Shown piece after piece: positions 59,185-64,000 of a DNA stretch of 64,000 nucleotides. How positions within the stretch are numbered: the first letter of the stretch is position 1; every line of letters begins with the position of its first letter. Both the position numbers and the translations under genes were made by a program. The notes beneath the pieces were generated by a model. It was not told the origin of the DNA. It saw only the letters and a list, made by a program, of their open reading frames with translations, and made no database searches. The stretch comes from Macrostomum hystrix (Eukaryota; Animalia; Platyhelminthes), in the NCBI GenBank assembly GCA_950097015.1, contig CATNEN010000001.1:3596001-3660000 (forward strand). The letters run 5' to 3'.

Positions 59185-62100
59185 CAGCCCTTCCCTGATT
59201 GCAGTGAGCTCGGCCGTGAAACTGCTGCAGTAGGCACCGGCCGCGGAAAGGTGCTCGACGCCGGCCGGTTCCCACTGAGCAATGGCAGCTCCGCCCCCGC
59301 TGCCGCAGCCGTCCTTGACCGAGCCGTCTGTCCAGATGACCGCGTGCTGTTCGGCGAGCCAGTCGGTGATGGGTTTGGCTTGGGCGGCTCTTATCCCGGC
59401 CGGCATCAGTCGGTTGGTGACGTCGTTTAATTTGGTGTCGAAGGTGATTTCGCCGCTGTTGTTGCCGACGGTCCAGGGCGCGGGCCCGAGGGGCGCTGCT
59501 GCTCTTGGGAGGCCGTCCAGTGTGCCCGTGCAGCTCAGTTCCAGGGCGGCCCGGCGCCAGCAATTGCGGAAAGGCCTCGTGGCTTTAAAGGTATTCTCGG
59601 CGGCCGTTGCTCGGCCGGCTTGCTCTTGTCCCGTGGCGTTGTTGTGGGTTTCTCTTTGGTGTCGGCGTTGTATTGCTTTGTAAGCCCGGTTCTTCAGACG
59701 TGCATTTTGCCTGGCGTCGACGATCTGTCGGGATGGGAACTCTGGTGGCAGTCTCGCCATCCTCTCGCGCAGGTTGCACGCGCGTTCAAGGGCAATGTGA
59801 CTAAGCGGCGGCAGGTTGGCGACCGCTAGCAGTTTGCTGGACCGGGTGGGCAGGACGCAGCCGGTGATAAGGCGGGCACAGGCGTGCTGTTGCCTCTCTA
59901 CCAGCATCCGGGTGCTCGGCGCGGCACTGTTGTACCAGATGCCGCTGCCGTAGTCGGCCACCGATCGGCAGGTGGCGATGTATGCAGCTCGGAGGATGTT
60001 CTGGTCGGCTCCGCTCTGTCGGTCGGCAATCATCTGGAGCGGGCGGCGTCGGGCTGCCATTCGCCGTCTGCAGTCCTTGGCGTGCTCCCCAAAGCCCAGG
60101 TGATCGTCCAGTTTGACGCCGAGGAAGACTGGGTGCTGCTCCAGTCTCAGTTGGACTCCGTTGATGTTGAGGGCCGCCTCGGCCTTGCCGCGGTTTTCGG
60201 TTGGGTCGAGCGTAAACACCGTGTAGGTACATTTGGGCACGCTAAGTTGGTGTACTGCATGCAGGGCGGGCTGCAGGATCTTAGCGCAGTCCCTTATGTT
60301 GCGGTGGCAGGCTAACAGGGCGCTGTCGTCGGCTTAGAGGCTCGCGCTTACCTGCGGTGCCTTAGCGCTGATGGCCATCGGGAGGTCGTTGACGTAGACC
60401 AGCCACAGGAGCGGGGCTAGCACAGAGCCTTGTGGGAGGCCCTCTCGGAAGGTCCGTTCCCTGCTGAGCCGGGTGCCTACCCGGACTCGGGCCCTGCGGT
60501 CCGCCAGGAAGCTGTTGATCCACCGGCAGGCGCATACAGGGACACCGAGCTCTCTGAGTTTGCAGATCAGTGCTCTCTTCCATACCTTGTCGTAGGCTCG
60601 GCTGAAGTCGAGCAGGCATAGGATAGCGTGGAGCGTCGGCTTGCTTTCAAATCCGTCGAAAATCTGTTGCACGATCCTGGCGATCTGCTCCTCACACGAG
60701 CGGCCTTTCCTGAATCCTGCTTGTACGTTGCTAAGCAGGTTGTGGCTCTCAATATGGTGAGACATGCGGTGGTAAAAGAGCCTTTCGGCCACCTTGGCGA
60801 TGCAGCTTGTCAGAGCGACGGGACGGTAGCTGCTCGGGTCCTCCGGTGGCTTGCCCCGCTTCGGGATGGGACAGATGATGGCTCGTCGCCATTGATGTGG
60901 GCACCTGCCGTTGAGCCACGATTTATTAATGAGATCCAGTAGCCGCTTCTCGGCGGCTGGAGGTAGCTGTTTGATCATTTCGTTGCTAACTTGATCTTGC
61001 CCCGGGCTTTTATCGGACTTGAGCTTGGCGATGACGCACTTTAGTTCGCTCTGGCTGAAGGCGGAGCAGAGTCCGGTCTTGGTGGGCTCGCAGCATGGGC
61101 CCTGCATGCTCTTGTACGCCTTATGATTTACTTCGCGATCGCTGCGCACCCGTGGTAGGTTGGAGATGTTGGCGTACATGCTGCAAAAAACCTCGGCTTT
61201 GGCTTGGTCGCCGATGACTGATTTGGCCGTGGCCCCGCGCGCTGGGTCGGCCGGTACCTTGAGTGTGGCGTTGACAGGTGGCGGCGGCGGATCGCCGCGG
61301 AGTCCTCTCATCAATGCGAATAGGTCGGAGTTGAGGTTGAGGCCGGCGACCTTCTCTTTCCAGAACTCCGCCTTGTCGTTTTTTATGGTTTGCCTGACTT
61401 GTTCCCTGGTTCGCTGGTATTCGGCTAAGTGGTCTGCCGACCGCGTCGCTTCGGGTTGTTTGCGCGCTGCGCGGTTTGCTCTGCATGCCTCGGCGCAGGC
61501 GGGGGTCCAGAAGGGTTTCGCTGCCTTGTTGCGCGCGCCCCTCGGGATACTAGCCGTTGCCGCTTTGATGATGGAGTCGCAGAGGCGGCGGTGGTCAAGG
61601 TTGACACTTGAGCCAGAGGTACAGCTGCTTCTTTTGAGGTGGGCCTCCTGCTCCTCCAGGTGTGCTCTAAACTGGGGCCAGTTGCCCTTTTTGAAGCTCC
61701 AGCGGGTGTCTTTCTTGGCTGGGGTGCGGGTCGTTGATCGCGCCAGGCTGAATTGTATGGGGAGGTGGTCGCTGCCAATATCGTCCGTTGTCGTCCAGCT
61801 GGGGCGGCAGGCAGTGACGAGGTTGGGGCTGCACCAGGTGAGGTCAGGGCTGCTGAGCCCGCCGGTGGCCGGGTTCGTGCGGGTGTGCACGTTGTTCAGG
61901 TTGCAGAGGTGGAGGCCGCGCGTGAGTGCCCACTGCTCGATGCTGCACCCCCGCTCGTCGTCCGGCTGGTGCGTGTCCCAGCTGCCGTGGCCGTTGAAGT
62001 CGCCGCCGATGACTGTCCGCCCGGATACTGGCAGGTGATTCCAGTCGGGAAGCCAGATGTCGTTCTGGCGCTGCGCGCTGTTCGGCGGTGCGTACACAGA

Positions 62101-63207
62101 TACTAGCTGAATTTTGCCTCGGCCCTTGGGGCAGATGGTCGTGGCCGCGAAATCCAAGGGGCCATCACTGGAAGTGGTTGAGTCCGTGAAAGCGATGTCG
62201 TTCCTGACGAGGATGACTGCACCGCCTCTGCCGGGGGGCGCTGGTTTATGTTTATTTGAGTTTTTTCGTTTTTTGGCCCTTCGACTGGGCAAGCGCTGCG
62301 GCGACAGCAGCAGTTCTCATGCTCGGCATGTTGTTGGCGATTATGGCCTCTTGTAGGTTGCTGGTACCTTGCGACAGCGCTCTGGGTGGGCTGGCTCTGG
62401 TTCCGGTTGCGCCGTCGGGTCCGCAGCCGTCCAGGGGGCGGGCGGGGGCGGCGACGGTGACTGGCAGGTCTCGGTTGCTGCACGCTGCACGCCCGCTGCG
62501 GCACCCCGCGCACCAGGAGGTTCTGTCGTCCGGCCATCGGAGCCGACATCGTGGCCGGTTGAAAGTCCTGTTGTTTTTGACAACCTTCGGTATGGTGAAG
62601 TTGTTGTTGATGTCTTGCACTTCCGCGCTCGGTATGGTGCTGTTGTTGTTGATGTCTTGCGCTTCCGCGCGCTGGGCAACGAGTTCTCTGTCGTTGTTTT
62701 CGGCGGGGCTCGCTTTGGGCTCTCCGTCTTTGCGCGCGGCCACACTGTAGCCACGAGGTGGGGTGAAGTGTGTCCCCGGGCGCAGCTTAGTCTCTTGGAG
62801 GAGGACGGCGCACGGCTAGATGCTGTTGAGTCGCTCGGCTAGCTCCGTGCGGCGGGCCTGCAACCCGTTGCAATTGAGTTGCAGGACCAGGAGCTCTGGG
62901 CCGGGTCTCTTGCGTCGTCGCCTACGCCTCTCTCTCTCTTCTGGCTCTCCCGGCTGGTGGCTGCTGTCTCCGGGCGGCTATCGCCGCCCCGTAGCCGCAT
63001 AACCAGCTGGAGCTCGTCGGCGGCGCTGTTGGTTTGGTGAACTGCTTCTTCGCAGGATTCTGGTTGGTTGCGACACTTCGTCAACGGGCTGTCCAGTTGT
63101 CCGTCGTCCGGGGGCCCCGCGGGGAGGGGGTCGCTTGCCACGTGGGGGTGATGGCCCTCACGTACCCTGGTGTCCGGCCTGGTCTTATCGCGGTCACCGT
63201 GGTCCCC
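59185..63207 (-). mobile_element. Ingi/Nimb(I-group)-like LINE, single ORF EN-RT-RNase H, 3'-truncated and pseudogenised
   Basis: EN motifs LQLNCNG, LLQET, IGGDFNGH, SSPDLTW, SDHLPI. RT motifs YRPVALTS, QAGFR, DFSRAYDKVW, GLPQGSVLAP, *ADD (the Tyr/Phe codon of the catalytic motif is TAA at 60334). RNase H IWTDGS...AELTAI, after which similarity stops. Confidence 0.92.
63070..63207 (-). ncRNA. putative HDV-like self-cleaving ribozyme at the LINE 5' end
   Basis: Manual fold: P1 GGGGAC/GCCCCC (one mismatch), P2 GCGAC/GUCGC, P3 CCC/GGG with L3 UCCCCGC, P1.1 CC/GG, P4 CGACGG/CCGUUG, J4/2 ACGAA. Confidence 0.7.
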
Positions 63208-63284
63208 TTAAAATCTAGGCCCAGCAGTGTCCCCTCAGCCAGTGGGCAGTCGGCAGTGGAGGGCAGTGGAGGGCAGTCGGCAAG

Positions 63285-63689
63285 TCAAGGCGATGTGGAA
63301 ATGGAGACAGAAGTAGATTTTAGTAGGGTAGAATTCGACGAATTTGAGCAGGAAAATCGAAATACTGCCTCTGCTTCTACCGCTGCTGCCTCTGCTTCCG
63401 CTGCTTCTGCTGCTGCCGCTGCTTCCGCTACTTCCGCTGCTGCCGCTGCTTCCGCTGCTTCCGCTGCTGCCTCTGCTTCCGCAGCTTCCGCTGCCGCCTT
63501 AGCTGCCGCGGCTTTTGCAGATGCTGTGGGCGCAGATTTCGGAATCGTAGACGGCAGTGGCACCAGCTTTGCGACAGTAGACGGCACGTCTACGTAGGGC
63601 AGCTTTAGAATCGGCGCTTCAGATTCAACTGGCTCCTCCGAACATCCAAAAAAGCCGTCGGTGTCGGACGCAGAACCAGTGGATTCGTC
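63285..63689 (-). other. possible exon with an Ala/Glu-rich low-complexity repeat
   Basis: ctaacag acceptor, then an open frame RIHWFCVRHRRLFG...AAAEAAEAEAAA.... The rest of the gene is not visible. Confidence 0.3.
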
Positions 63690-64000
63690 CTGTTAGGTCG
63701 GATAAGTTGGAGGATAAGTAAGTCAGGAAAAGGTTGGGTTACTGGCATTGGATGACTATCAATATTGATTGATTATCAATAATAGTGATTGTAATTAGAT
63801 AATCAAATTTTGGTGGACAATCGTTGTTAGTGATTGATTATTGAAGATATTTATTGATAATCGATAGGTAGATAGAGATAGGTAGATAGGTAAGATAGGT
63901 AAATGTTTGCGTATGGAGATGGAGAAAAAGAGAGAGTGGACAGACAAAGAGAATGTAACTAAAAATGCATAACGTGACTTTTAAACAGCTAAATATAACA

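Overview
Eukaryotic, invertebrate-like and repeat-dominated genomic DNA: it has GT-AG introns, SINEs, LINEs and LTR elements, with no operons or CRISPR arrays. From left to right: (i) two orphan spliced genes on the minus strand; (ii) a 7,119-bp near-identical tandem duplication, each unit carrying a Merlin (IS1595/ISXO2-type) DNA transposon, followed by a diverged partial third unit; (iii) an intact, young Ty3/gypsy LTR element (24565-29632) whose empty site survives in a duplicated segment at 56544-58183; (iv) a full-length, TSD-bounded Jockey-like LINE (31368-43503, minus) whose ORF1 carries an ALKBH2/3-type AlkB dioxygenase domain upstream of three CCHC knuckles. This LINE hosts a second gypsy element and a short LINE fragment, and sits inside the probable LTR of an older gypsy remnant; (v) an 18-bp minisatellite; (vi) a compact 3-exon divergent ETS-domain gene; (vii) a cluster of tRNA-derived SINEs; (viii) a 3'-truncated Ingi/Nimb-like LINE (EN-RT-RNase H) with an HDV-like ribozyme fold at its 5' end and a ubiquitin-tail-like LVMRLRGG motif before the endonuclease. 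The two most interesting signals are the AlkB-carrying LINE and the ribozyme plus LRGG leader. All calls come from manual reading; some 1-bp frameshifts could be assembly errors.
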